DNA of 64,000 bases, taken from Negaprion brevirostris. Its lineage: Eukaryota. Where the stretch lies: positions 83,918,934 through 83,982,933 of the forward strand of contig JARDVH010000073.1 in assembly GCA_030324005.1 (NCBI GenBank). Direction: 5' to 3'. Positions within the stretch are counted from its first letter, which is position 1. Every line of letters starts with the position of its first letter. This document shows, piece by piece, positions 1-12,241 of the stretch. The notes below the pieces were generated by a model. The model worked only from the letters and a program-made list of their open reading frames with translations, searched no databases and was not told the origin of the DNA. Made by a program: the position numbers and the translations under genes.

Positions 1-556
1 CTCCAATCCTGACTGGATAATAATGCAGTGCAATGAAGCAGAATCCTGAAGCTGGAAGGCCAATCAAAGGTCTATAAGAAGCAAAGGCTCCAATGGAAGA
101 TACAGGATGGAGAGGGAGGCACCCTCCTTCATTCCAACTTATTCAAATCTTAAAATAATAAATGGATCTTGCAACCAGACCACCATGTACTGGGGTGGAG
201 TGGCAGAGGGGTACACCTTTATAGGACAGTGTGTCACTAGTCCTGCATCCAGACAAGCACATTCTGATAGAGGACTCCACCCTCTGGTGTGATCACTCAC
301 TCTGTTTCCATTCGTCCCTCAAGTCAGGTGACTTGCTTCTGCTGGACTGTCTAAAAGAGATAGACACCACATACATAACAGTAGCCACATTCATACACCT
401 AAACAGCATGATCAAGCAGGGAACAAGGCTAGTCCATTGCACTTGGGGTATATTGATGCCTATGGTTGTGCTTTCCCTAAGCTAGGGTAGAGTAAAGGAT
501 CAGGGTAGCCAATGACGTTAACTGAGGTGTTATCTGATGCAATTTTTCAAAGCCAA

Positions 557-1030
557 CTTGGCCTTTTGGTTAAGGTGAAGATCAAGCCCAGGAACGGGGG
601 AAATGCCTCATCCTGTCAGCTTGGACATTGTTTGATCGAGCCCAAGATGGGATGCAAAGTCTTGTCAGCTTCAGTCTGATTCTTCACTCATGTGAGGACC
701 ATAGAATCTCTACAGTGCAGAAGGAGGCCATCTGGCCCATCAAGTCGGCACCAACTACAATCCCACCCAGGCCCCCAGCCCATTTATCCTGCTAGTCCTC
801 CTGACACTAATTTACCATGGACAATTAACCTAATCTGCACACCTTTGGACTGTGGGAGGAAACCAGAGCATTCGGAGAAAACCCACGCAGACACGGGGAG
901 AATGTGAAAACTCCACACAGACCCAAGCTGGGAATTGAACCTAGTGCTGTGAAGCAGCAGTGCTAACCACTGTGCCACTGTGCCAACCACGATTGGATTT
1001 AATTTGAATTGGCTCTTTTGATTAGAAATA
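557..1030 (+). mobile_element. Interspersed repeat with a U2 snRNA-like 5' head, interrupted by a SINE at ~700-987
   Basis: 557-586 cttggccttttggttaag..gaagatcaag resembles the U2 5' end (CTCGGCCTTTTGGCTAAGATCAAG); downstream sequence is not U2. Confidence 0.45.
700..987 (-). mobile_element. tRNA-derived SINE (shark HE1/V-SINE type)
   Basis: Reverse complement begins ggcacagtggcacagtggttagcactgctgc (A box), has ggttcaattccc (B box), core gtttgcac/ttctccccgtgtctgcgtgggtttt and tail gcactgtagagattctatg. Confidence 0.85.
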
Positions 1031-4000
1031 AAGCCCCAAATGGAAAAAAAAAGTCCCTTTTACTTGCAGAAAACTTCCAGTCAGTGTCCTTTAGTTGGAC
1101 TTAATACGGTGTTAATGAGCTGTATGGGCAGGTCTGCTATCACTTTCCCCCATTCCTGCCTATAGAAACATGGTCCAAAGACAGGATGGAGTCGGGGAAT
1201 TGGAATGCTGTCCGGCAGGGCTATATTTAGCTTCCCTTCACCTGCCCCCTGAGCCCCGTTAGGGACTCAAAACTCATCCCTCAGATTACCAACAGGGACA
1301 ACTTTTATAGAATGAGTCTCAGCTGACAATCAGCAAAAAGAGCTTGGGATTCTACACTGCAATTCATTTACCTTCTCTTTTAAGCCTTTGGTGAAACTTG
1401 AGAACTGAAGTGAACCTGTAGTAATTCACTATTTATAAAATGGTTCTATTTAAATTGAATTATAAAATGTAACACATACCCAGCCAAATTCAAGCAGGGA
1501 GGATATCGTGGCAAAAGGTTTAGACAAAATATGAACCATGTAGAATAAAGTAGGAAACCGTGTGGATGTATATAACTTAATTAAAAACTTCACATATTTT
1601 TCCCACAACGAGGTATCAAACATCCTGTCTTTTTCCACAAATATTGTTAATAGATGCACTATAATAATCAGGACCTCCTTCCAACTGCTTTGTTATATTA
1701 TAGCTATGTAGCAAAGACATTTAATAACATGCAATTAAGGCCTAATTTGTGCAGTGGACCAGGTGTTCTTGATAAGTAAACACGTAATTAATGAAACGAT
1801 GAGTGGAGTGGTTTGGTTTGGGTCTGGTTAGATACATGTGAGGACATGATTAAGCTTGACCCTAATTTAAAAAAAACACCTGCTGAAGTCCAGTTAAGAA
1901 AAGCTTTTGAGCTACAACGTATTGGACATTTGAAGATTTTGTCAGTATTTGTTACCATTCTTTTGAGATGCTCTCTATTCAGGAACTCCAATAGTTTTGA
2001 TAATTTGTAGGCCATCATGCAAGAGATTGTGTTGAATATGAAACAGCTTTAACTTCTCCAATGCTACCTGAGTAATGCAATTGCAAATTCATCCCAAATT
2101 CATTTATGCTCAGCTTGTTTCCAAGAGGTTGATTCACAGAGCCACAGCAACTTCTACAGTGAAACTAATGGTGTGATGTCAAATTTAAAATGTGTTCTTC
2201 ACTTAGTTTTATTTTTCTCTTTTTTTAATGCAGCAGACTAATAGTATAGCCATCCACCCAACCACCTGACCCCTACTAACCCATCTACCCCCAACACCGT
2301 ACCACCTCCCCAACCTGAGTAGCCCTGGGCACCTGACTAGCACCCCTCCAACCTGACTCAGTACTCAATTACCTTTTCACAAGACCTAACTACAAATTAT
2401 TCTAGAAATAATTTCTCTGTTTTAAGATAATTCCTTTGACCAAACTTTTAATATCCTGTCCAAACACATTCTCTGACTCAGGGTCAATCTTTAAAAAAGT
2501 ATTTAAAGAGGCAAACACTCAGATCACGGCTCTCTACTGCTATTATATTTGTTTTGGATTTCCATAGATGTGTTGTCTTAGGCATTGCTTTTTATCGACT
2601 TATATTGCACCTAAGACAGCCTGNNNNNNNNNNNNNNNNNNNNNNNNNNNNNNNNNNNNNNNNNNNNNNNNNNNNNNNNNNNNNNNNNNNNNNNNNNNNN
2701 NNNNNNNNNNNNNNNNNNNNNNNNNNNNNNNNNNNNNNNNNNNNNNNNNNNNNNNNNNNNNNNNNNNNNNNNNNNNNNNNNNNNNNNNNNNNNNNNNNNN
2801 NNNNNNNNNNNNNNNNNNNNNNNNNNNNNNNNNNNNNNNNNNNNNNNNNNNNNNNNNNNNNNNNNNNNNNNNNNNNNNNNNNNNNNNNNNNNNNNNNNNN
2901 NNNNNNNNNNNNNNNNNNNNNNNNNNNNNNNNNNNNNNNNNNNNNNNNNNNNNNNNNNNNNNNNNNNNNNNNNNNNNNNNNNNNNNNNNNNNNNNNNNNN
3001 NNNNNNNNNNNNNNNNNNNNNNNNNNNNNNNNNNNNNNNNNNNNNNNNNNNNNNNNNNNNNNNNNNNNNNNNNNNNNNNNNNNNNNNNNNNNNNNNNNNN
3101 NNNNNNNNNNNNNNNNNNNNNNNNNNNNNNNNNNNNNNNNNNNNNNNNNNNNNNNNNNNNNNNNNNNNNNNNNNNNNNNNNNNNNNNNNNNNNNNNNNNN
3201 NNNNNNNNNNNNNNNNNNNNNNNNNNNNNNNNNNNNNNNNNNNNNNNNNNNNNNNNNNNNNNNNNNNNNNNNNNNNNNNNNNNNNNCATTTGGAACTTGA
3301 AAATTGCTCTTACGTCTACAGATTCAAAACTGATCATTTCTGACTTGATTTCTGTGTTCATATCTTTGCCTACAGATGTTATACAACTTGAAATTCATTA
3401 TGACATACAAGTGAAATTATATAAGATTTGAAATGGGACTTTCACCCATCCAAACCCAATGATGGAGAGGAAAAAGAAAATCTATGGGCTGATTTCTCTT
3501 TCAAAGATTTGAGAAGCAAACGCTTCAGGATACACCACCATTAATCACAAATCCAATACATTTTCAGTCAAAGTGCAAACAATAAATATGAGATACCAAA
3601 GTATGTTCACATATCAGAATTGTTTGTTCTTATAATTATCCCTGCTCAACATACATAACTGTATGTCCTAAAGAGGAAACTAACTTTATTTTCTGTAAAT
3701 AAAATTGAATGATAAATACATGGAACAAGATTAATCCTAATAACATTTTATTGCATAAAAGCTAATTGTGCACAAAATAGCAAAATAATGTCCTGTTTGA
3801 CTTCTGGTCTAAACTGGTGGAGGATTTCCCAGGCTGGTGAAAGGGGAAATCAACATTCCTGTTCCAGGCTACTGTCTTGGAGCCCCTTAATAGAAAACGT
3901 GGAAATCGGCTGAGTGGACTGTTATGCCTTTCATAATCAAATAGGCTGGCATAGCAATCTGTCCCATGGACAGACAAAAAATGGTCACTTGAGCTAGACA

Positions 4001-4448
4001 TTTCAGAGCACTCAGTGCTTTTGGACTGAACAGCAGCAAGTCGGCACAAGCAGGAGAATGAAAAACTTGCCAACAAAAAAAAACTGAACTGCAGTGTCTC
4101 CAATGGTTATGGAAATATGTACCACCTATGAATACGTGTAACAGGCCCAAGTGAACCAGCTGCAAACTCCTTCCTGCCAAGGCAAATGGATTACGTTCAT
4201 GTTATAGTTATTTCTCTTATAACAAATACCAGTGTTGTAACACTGTACTAAATTATTAAAAATAGATGCCAAGGAATTCCTTTAATTGAAGTTGGCTCCC
4301 AAAGCACACTTGATTAAAAGTAAGGTAAATGTGTTGAAAGATTAGGGATATTTAAGAATTAGAAAGCTGTAGAAATTCGGGCAGCCTTGTATTTTATTCT
4401 GCGAAGTAACACAGATTCTCAGGGGTTTATATTATCGTGAACACTTAC

Positions 4449-4594
4449 CATCTGGCTGCTGAGGCATTCACTGATCCCAATAATAATGGTTTCATTTGCC
4501 AGTGATGCAATAATGTACGAAGCAGCTCCAGAAATGCCAAAGCCGCTTCCATCGAAAGTAATTAAGTGTAGATTAGCGAGAATGGAACACCGAC
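4449..4594 (-). CDS. OTOG: Otogelin exon, start of the fourth VWD domain: (C)RCSILANLHLITFDGSGFGISGAASYIIASLANETIIIGISECLSSQM
   Basis: Acceptor ttttatAG, donor GTAAGT; 146 nt, phase 1/0. C-RCS....ITFDG is the VWD N-terminal signature. Confidence 0.9.
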
Positions 4595-5418
4595 CTATAA
4601 AAATTAAATGGCTTATGTTGTTATTAAAAACTAGTTCCTAACTTCAGTAAGCTGAGCTTCACAGCAGGATGACTACAGTTTAGGGAAGGACCAAATCTGA
4701 GAGAGCCCTTTCACATCATACTCAAATTATAAAATGATGTTTTCACAATGACTTGAATCAGTACAAGCATGCTTACAAAACATTAGTAAAACCTTTTCAA
4801 ACTTCTATTTAATATCAATTTTAAATAGCATATGTAGATTAGGAAAGTTTCTGCAGTAAATATTTCATAAAATGCAAATCACGTTACACAAAGGCAAATA
4901 TTTTCTAACTTGGACAACAGCACATTCACATGTAAGCCTTTGTTTCATTATGTGATATAAGGTTAACTGCTCTCTTACACTGAATTATTTAGAAGATTAT
5001 TATCTTCAAGTAGAATCTCTGCCCTTCTTTACACACAAGACAGATTTTCACTCTACTTTCAGGTGGGAGCGAGATGCCATTCGTTTCCTATTGCAGATTT
5101 ACCTGCCATTATCTGGCCAAGACATTGGCTCTTTGACTGAGAGTTTGTAAAGGGCCTCAATATTGCTGATTTGTGGGAGCCAGAAATGCAAGAAAGGTGG
5201 GTGTAAACTAATGTGAAGTTTATGAAAAGGATTGGAGGATTTGTCAGCCCACTTCATAGAGTGGGCTTAGCACTGAGAGAGAAGCAACATGTTGTGAACA
5301 AAATGGGAAAATGGTCATGTTCAAGAAAATGGCACTAAGATGAAGGCAATTATCAGAATGTCTTTTTAGTTGCTGCCAGCATCAAATATGAATGCTGTTT
5401 GTACCTCTTCAGAAATTA

Positions 5419-6316
5419 GGGGCAGAGATTCTCCCATTGCGACCGGCAACATTTCTGTTGGGTTGCAGTGGGAGAAGCCTGTCTGCGGCCTGGAACAGGG
5501 ATTTGTACATGTGCCAGGAATGCATACGCATCTCCCAGAACAGAACCGGCGAACAGTCGCCGGTCAGGCCACGTTGGAAACCAGTGGGAAGGCAAGTAAA
5601 TCATTTAAATCTTTTCTGCATGTATTTTAAATATGTATGTGAGTTCATTATTGGGACCTTTCAGGTCCCAATTGAATCGTCCACCCCGCTGGGAGTATTT
5701 CATTCTGGCGGGGTTCAGGCTAGCTCCCCACATTCGGGGAACTAGCAGGAGACCCTGCTAGAATGAAGGGGGGCCAATTGGGGCCCCCAGTGTGTTGGGC
5801 GGTGGGGGGATGGTGCTTCTTGGGCATGGGCACCCTGGCAGTGCCAGCCTGTGTCCCCTGACACTGCCCAAGGGGCACCTTGGCACTTCCCATTGGGCAT
5901 CGGACCATGCCGAGGGAATGGCACCTACTGTGGGCAGGGCCGAGGATGATCGGTGGTGGTGGGGATGGGGGTTCCCGCTGCCACTCTGCATTAGGATCAG
6001 TCTGGGATGATGAAAGGGCAGTGACTGGGGCAGGTCGGGGGGGCGGTCTGCTGGGGAAAGGGGACCTGCCTCCGGAGGGGTCTGACCCCCGGAGGGTGGT
6101 CAGGGGGTGGTCTGCTGGGGTGAGAACAGTTGGAAGGACAGCACTGTAGGGGTCCCAGGCTGGCTAGCGATCGAGCCAGGTTTTTAATGATATTCACAAT
6201 TGGGACCTCTTCAGTGCACAGAGGACAGAGATTGAGGTGAAAAGCTGAACTGAAAGAACAGTCGGGATTTGGAACAGTTTTCCTGCCAATTCAGCACTTT
6301 TGGGAGAATCACCCCC
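5419..6316. mobile_element. GC-rich non-autonomous DNA transposon (Harbinger-type MITE)
   Basis: Terminal inverted repeats ggggcagagattctccca ... tgggagaatcacccc. GC-rich interior with ggcac/gtgcc motifs shared with other copies in the window. Confidence 0.6.
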
Positions 6317-7753
6317 AGAGTAGCTGCACCCTTCCGTTGTGATTACAATGGAAGCATGTGGAATGGAGGAGAGGAAAATTTAGAGCACAAAGGAGGTAGG
6401 AGCAGGTGAGTAAAAGTGTCCTGTGCTGATACAGGATTTTAAGATGTAATGAAAGTAACACATCATTCTCATCTTTGCAGTTTGAGTAAGTTATTTCCAA
6501 TTCACTGTCACACTTCTAAAACTTAGTCCCACAGCAGGAGACATCCAAAATTTAAGAAACAACTCATGAGTTAAAAGGCACCTCTATGCCAAGGGAGGGA
6601 AGCTCACTTTAAAGACCCACTCGTTACCTGTCCTCCAAATCAAAGAGCTATCAATCACTGATATCAAATTGTGAGCAGCCTACCTGTGAATATTAGGTCA
6701 GACTATCAGAGCATGGGATTATCTGGTGGTTGTCCCAGTCAATCTACCCACTTAATGTGCACTACACAAAGAGATTTGCACAGCTGGCTTGACAGGTAGA
6801 TGTAAATGTTCTGAGTCCTTGCCAATGACCAGATATGCTGGTAGCAAGAAACCATGGCATGAAATTGGAAAATGTAAGTTTCAGAGACAGCCTAGAATGT
6901 TGGAACTATCCTTTTTACATTGAATTACAGGAAAAGTTTCTCCCTTTCTAATTTTATTTTATTATCTGGTAAGAATACAAGTGAGGATAGTTCTGTCTGT
7001 TGAGCACTGTTTAACACATGTTTAAATGTCAATCGTCAATTTAATGTTGAGTTGGAGGCCCCTTTTGGACAGGTGGCCAAGAGACAATTATGACAGCCTC
7101 TGCGTAGTTTCTGTTTATTTTACATTTTATGTAACAGAGTNNNNNNNNNNTTACATTTTGCCAAGTAATTTGGTGCATTTCCAAATATTCTTTCTATTTC
7201 AAAAGGCATGGAGCAATTTAGAATCCAGGTTTTCATTACAATCCTGGATTTTTTGAAGGTATGATGTAGAAAATTAGAAGGGAAACATAATTATACAATT
7301 GCCTTCTCTTTGACATTCATAACACAAAAGGTAAAAAAGGCAGTAATTTTTCCAAAATGAAGCCTCAAAGTGAATGTTTTTGCTCTGATGTGCATATTTT
7401 AATGATCTCCCCATTATAGTTTCTAAAGGTGAATACATTTTTTGTATAACTGTAACATTATACTGAAACATTACTTAATGTTTTGTGAAATTGCAAATTA
7501 TGTCATTTGATTGTGAAAACCTGTTTGGCATGAACCCACCAGCAATAAATACCTAAGTTTGTTTAAGCATGCCATCTCAACAAGCTAATTTTACCTGAAC
7601 AGCACACGTACTAGCACATTATTTAATCTCATAAAAAATGATTTTAATCAAAGGTACTTTTTAACATATTGCCTCTGTTTTCCCTTTTTTGCTACTTTGT
7701 ATGCATTTCAGGATATAACACATTTTGGGATTCAAGAAATAATAATTGGAACT

Positions 7754-8055
7754 GGGGTAGCACGATGGCACAGTGGTTAGCACCACTGCCTCACAGCACT
7801 AGGACCCAAGTTCAATTCCCAGCTTGGATCACATAAAGAGTTTGTACATTCTTGCCATGTCTGTGTGCGGTTTCCCCTTGGTGCTCCAGTTTCCCCCTGA
7901 CAATCTGAAAGATGTGCTGGTTAGGTGGATTGGCCATGCTAAATTCCTCCTCAGTGTACTCAAACAGGCGCTGTAGTATGTCGACTAGACGATTTCACAG
8001 TAACTTCATTGCAGTATTAATGTAAGCCTATTTGTGACACTAATAATCTTTTAAA
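7754..8055 (+). mobile_element. tRNA-derived SINE (HE1-related subfamily with a different 3' tail)
   Basis: A box tggcacagtgg, B box gttcaattccc, V-SINE-like core, tail cagtaacttcattgcagtattaatgtaagcc. Confidence 0.8.
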
Positions 8056-8385
8056 AAATCATTCCAAACTGTGTCTGTATGATTTAAATTAGATTTCAAG
8101 TCACTGCAACAATAAAAATGGGTTATTTCTGCATTGGTTTTGTTTTTGCTATTCAATCTTTCTGCTCAATTGGCATAAAGTATCCAGGCAAAAGTTTGTA
8201 CTGGTAATAATCTCGCATTGCAAATGAAAGAAGTAAAGTGTAAAATTGCTCCTTAATTTTTTCCCATGAAGTATGGATATTCACAAATATTCTGTTTGGT
8301 ACTGTTGAACCAAAGTATCAAAAAATTAATTTTATATTTAGATATAAAATTTGTTCCCTCTTTACGAAACAAGTTATGAACGATT

Positions 8386-9508
8386 GGCAAGATTATTCTG
8401 ACCCACAGTGAGAACCCAGATGAAGGCCAATATGAACATGCTGTGGACTGCAGAAAGCTCGTTTTAATACATTAGCATGTCATTACCATCCTTCTCTTTG
8501 GGACTTAACTCCCCGCCCCCCACCAGATATTCAGCAGGGGCAATGTGCCATCTCACCGGCACTATTTACAACAGGTTAACCTAGATATAAGCCTGCTGTG
8601 GGGGTTTGCCTGGAGTAAGGAGAGTCCCTAGGGGAGAGAGATGTGGCCTGGCAATGCCCCTGGAAGTGTCCCTTGGCACAGTTTGGTACTGCTAAGTTGG
8701 CAACTTAGCAGTGCCAATCTGTGCCAAGAAGTGAGAAGCTGCCGATGATCTGGGGGGGGGGGGGGGGGGGTGCGGGGTGGCAGAAGGGGCCAATGGGGGT
8801 AGGGTAGGAGGAGAAGGGGCCAAGGATTGTTGGGCAGAGGAGAAAGGGCCAATGGTTGGAGGAATAGAGAAGTGCCAACTCCGATTGGGGGTGTCCTCCC
8901 AATGGACATGGGCGACCCATTCCCTCCATGCACATGGAGACCTCCCTCCATGAACATAAGGGACCCCACACCACACAACAAGGACCCCTCCCTCCCTTAA
9001 AACATGAGGGAATCCCCCTGCTGCCAGCTGATAGAGGGAATCTCCCTTGCAATGGCGATGCCCAGTGGGCCCTCCAGCACTGGAACCTAATCCTAACTCC
9101 AGGAATCTGTGCCAGGGTGCAGTGCCAGGGTGTTAAGGGGCTACATTGGGGGACAGCGCCAAGGTAATGCCTAGACATGTCCCTCTCCCCCAGAAGAAAT
9201 ACTTACGTGCACGCCCCCGATAGGTTCCCTTCACCTGCTTTTGAAATGCAGTTGTAAATCTCACTGATGTGACATCATATCAGAGAAGGGGGAATTTCAA
9301 ATGTGGGGCAAACAATATGATAGGAAACCTGCTAATTATATTCAAACTTATTGAAGTTAGGTTCCCAACCTTCCTGAATGGGAATAAAAGAGCGTGAGAA
9401 TTGGGAAACAAGATCTTGCCGGCGGAATTTTCATTTTCCAGGTGCCTCAAGATTTTTCGCCCACATTGCTGTTTGTGCTCGTGGCGGAGATGGGCACAAT
9501 TCTCTCCT
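8386..9508. mobile_element. GC-rich MITE-like element (same family as 5419-6316)
   Basis: Abrupt GC-rich block in AT-rich intron, poly-G tract, gtgcc/ggcac motifs. TIRs degraded. Confidence 0.5.
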
Positions 9509-9735
9509 CTATTTTACGTCTTGCAATGTTGACACGGCTCTATTGCTATTGAATTCTTGAGTGTTTCAATACATTCACAATTATCCAGTGCAGAGACAGA
9601 ATTCATCCACTGAACTTGTTTTGTGGTCTGTGTTGATTACTGAGCATACCACGAAAATCAGTTTGGATACTATTGTCTAAAACATTAACCATTTTAAGAT
9701 TAAAACATTTGAACAAAGCCAGATGTATATCTTAC

Positions 9736-9913
9736 ATGGGCATTCCCACTGTGGACAGCATTTGTCACCATTGACCTGGACAGCAAATCCGAGGAGCTCA
9801 CAGCTCGGTGGAGTCACAATGTGGGGACAGTGATGTGATCTATTGATTTGGGTAATTTGACCTTCCACGCATATTTGTTTGATGCATTCATCTAGATCCT
9901 GGGAAAATGGAAT
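9736..9913 (-). CDS. OTOG: Otogelin Cys-rich exon after the TSP region: IPFSQDLDECIKQICVEGQITQINRSHHCPHIVTPPSCELLGFAVQVNGDKCCPQWECP(C)
   Basis: Acceptor ttttgcAG, donor GTAAGA; 178 nt, phase 0/1. CCP.WEC.C motif precedes VWD4 in otogelin. Confidence 0.92.
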
Positions 9914-10159
9914 CTGCAAAACATTTTTTTTAAAAAAAGATTGATTTACATTGGTAGTAAGACTGAATCTATATATTTTATCATCTGTAATGCCTGTGAA
10001 AAAGCAATGGTGAATATCAAAATAAAAACTCCATTAGAAAAAATGGCATTTACTTACAACAAAACAACAAGTATAACTAATGACCAAAGGTAACAAACCT
10101 CTAACATGGATTTATATACTGCTTTTAACATGGAACAATATCCTTAGGCACTTTTATTA

Positions 10160-10630
10160 TTATTTGTTTACTAGGATGTGGACATCACTGGTTAGGCCAG
10201 CATTTATTGCCCATCCCTAATTGCCTTTGAGGAGATGGTGGTGAGCTGCTATCTTGAAACCTTATGGTCTAGCGGGAGGTGGTTCTTGGATTTTGACCCA
10301 GTGACAGGGACGGCAATATATTTCCAAGTTGGGATGGTGAATGACTGGGAGGGGAACTTTCCGGAAGTGGTGTTCCCATGTCTTTTGCCTTTATCCTTCC
10401 AGATGGTAGTGGTCATGGCTTTGGAAAGTGCTAAGGATACTTTGTGAGTTCCTACAGTGCATCTTGTAAATGGGACACACTGCTGCCACTATTTATTGAC
10501 AGTAGAAAGAGTGAGTGTTTGTGAATGGGACACCAGAATTGCTTTGTCCTGAATCATGTCAAGCTTCTTGAACGTTTTTGATGCTGCACTCATCCAGGCA
10601 AATGAAAAGTGTTTCATCACACTCCTGAAT
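10160..10630 (-). mobile_element. 3' end of a CR1/L2-superfamily LINE, nested in an L2 3' end
   Basis: ggatgtggacatcactggttaggccagcatttattgcccatccctaattgcc... recurs at ~44430 and ~63255. Confidence 0.7.
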
Positions 10631-12130
10631 TCATAGGAGAGTTCACACAAAACCTGACATTGAGAAATGTATTGTAATAAGGCAGGTGACTAAATACTTG
10701 GTCAAAATGATAGGTTTTAGGAAGCATCCTAAGGAGGAGAAGCAGAGAAAGCATGAAAGACAGACAGATATGAAGTCATGGAGGAATTCAAAGAAAAGAT
10801 TAAAATTTTCAATCTTTAGCTGCTGATGAGCCAATTTGAGTTGAGAAGCATAGGCATGATGGGTAATGAGAGGTGGTATATAGACAGCAGAGTTTTGGAT
10901 CAGCTGAAGTTAACATATGGTGGAGAATGGGAAGTCAGTCAGAGAGCTTAGGAGCATTTGAGATGGGAGGAAGCATAAGCCTAATGTAGGCTTCAGCAAC
11001 AGATAGGCTGAGACAGTCCATACTACAGAGGTGAAAGTCATGGTGACGGAGAGGATATAAAGTTGGAAGCTTGGATCAGATAGCCAGGATTGCAAACAGT
11101 CGTTTATTAGCTTCATAATGGTAGGGGAGTGGGATCAGTTTGATGGTTAGGGAATCTATTTTTCACTTGGGAGTGTGAAGATAATATCCAATTGGACAAA
11201 ATTTCTGCTTACCCCAGCACTGGATTTCATACTAGCAACATGACAAATCAGAAAAAATTGTGAGTTCAGCAAAACAGCGCAGGCCGGGGATGTGGTGGGG
11301 GGGTAGGGGGCGGGAGGGAGGAGTGGGGGCAGATGTAGGGAGGAGCTTTGGGGAAAGTTCAGCTTGCTAAGTGAGTGGAAGGAAGAGCTCATACAGAGAC
11401 AGCTGAATGATTGGTCTCAATCTTAGTGACAAAAACATACATGCGTTCAACAAAAACTTTTATGTAGCACCGTTGTGTAGTAAAATGTCCCAAAGTGCTT
11501 CACAGAGGTGATATCAGACAAAATTTGACAACAAAACACATAAGATATGAGGACAGGTGACCAAATGCTTGGCAAAGGAGGTAGATTTTAAGAAATGACT
11601 TAAAGAAGAAAAAAGAATGAAAAGAGGAAAGAAATTCTATGAGGTCAGAATCTCAGTTCACAGAGTTGAAGAGGGATGAGGCCATGGAGAGATTTGAACA
11701 ATAAGGATTAAGATTTTAAAATCTAGGTATTGCCAAAGTGAGGACCAATATAGATCATAGAAATAATAGGAGAAGAATAGTTAATATGAGTTAAGTTATG
11801 GATAGTAAAGACTTGGATGACGTTATGTTTATAGAGACTGGATAAGTGCAAGTTTATTGAGTGTGGGAAGTAGAATGCTACATAGAAATGCATTAGAATA
11901 GTTGAGTATGGAGGTAACCAAAGCATGCAGACAGATTTCAGCAGAAGATGGGCTATGGTGGTAGTCAGAATCAGCAATATTATGGAGTTGAACATAGGTA
12001 GTCCTTAGAAATAGAGAGGGTATGTTGGAGAGGAGAATGAGAGGGCACACAGGAAGATCATTTGTGGCAGCAAAGTGAAACCAGGGATTATCCTGGGATG
12101 ATTTTGAAACCACCCTCAAACTAAAAGTGC
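10631..12130 (-). mobile_element. Two decayed L2 LINE 3' fragments
   Basis: ORF 11829..12155 has LHALVTSILNYSNAFL (L2 C-terminal motif HALVTSRLDYxN). L2-type 3' tails at ~10100-10150 and ~11450-11510. Confidence 0.7.
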
Positions 12131-12241
12131 AATAAGGCAAGAGTTTTTTTTGCATTGCCTATACAGCATACTGTATAGGATGTAACTTATAGTTGACTAG
12201 TTATTCGGTGAATATTACCCATTTTCTGGTCTTTTACTTAC

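Noticed and set aside
1-530. Faint Harbinger transposase-like peptides on the minus strand (IGL...ALHY.P, KGVPL)
   Set aside because: Motif order is inconsistent and similarity too weak to call by eye.
557-586. Functional U2 snRNA gene
   Set aside because: Only the first ~25 nt resemble U2, with mismatches; the branch-site recognition sequence GTGTAGTA, Sm site and 3' stem-loops are absent.
2554-3431. Long ORFs of 248-421 aa here and at 47703-48986
   Set aside because: Artefacts of translating N-gaps as X.
1-4448. Search for the next otogelin VWD4 exon
   Set aside because: No frame with the expected motifs and splice sites was found; it may lie in the gap 2624-3286 or beyond the window.
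7754-7830. tRNA-like A/B boxes as tRNA genes (also 18746, 53431)
   Set aside because: They are SINE heads followed by SINE core and tail; no complete cloverleaf.
8628-9178. Pro/Gly-rich ORFs in GC-rich blocks (also 5720-6197, 31130-31636, 46491-47182, 59652-60333)
   Set aside because: They fall inside MITE-like repeats; high GC content depletes stop codons.
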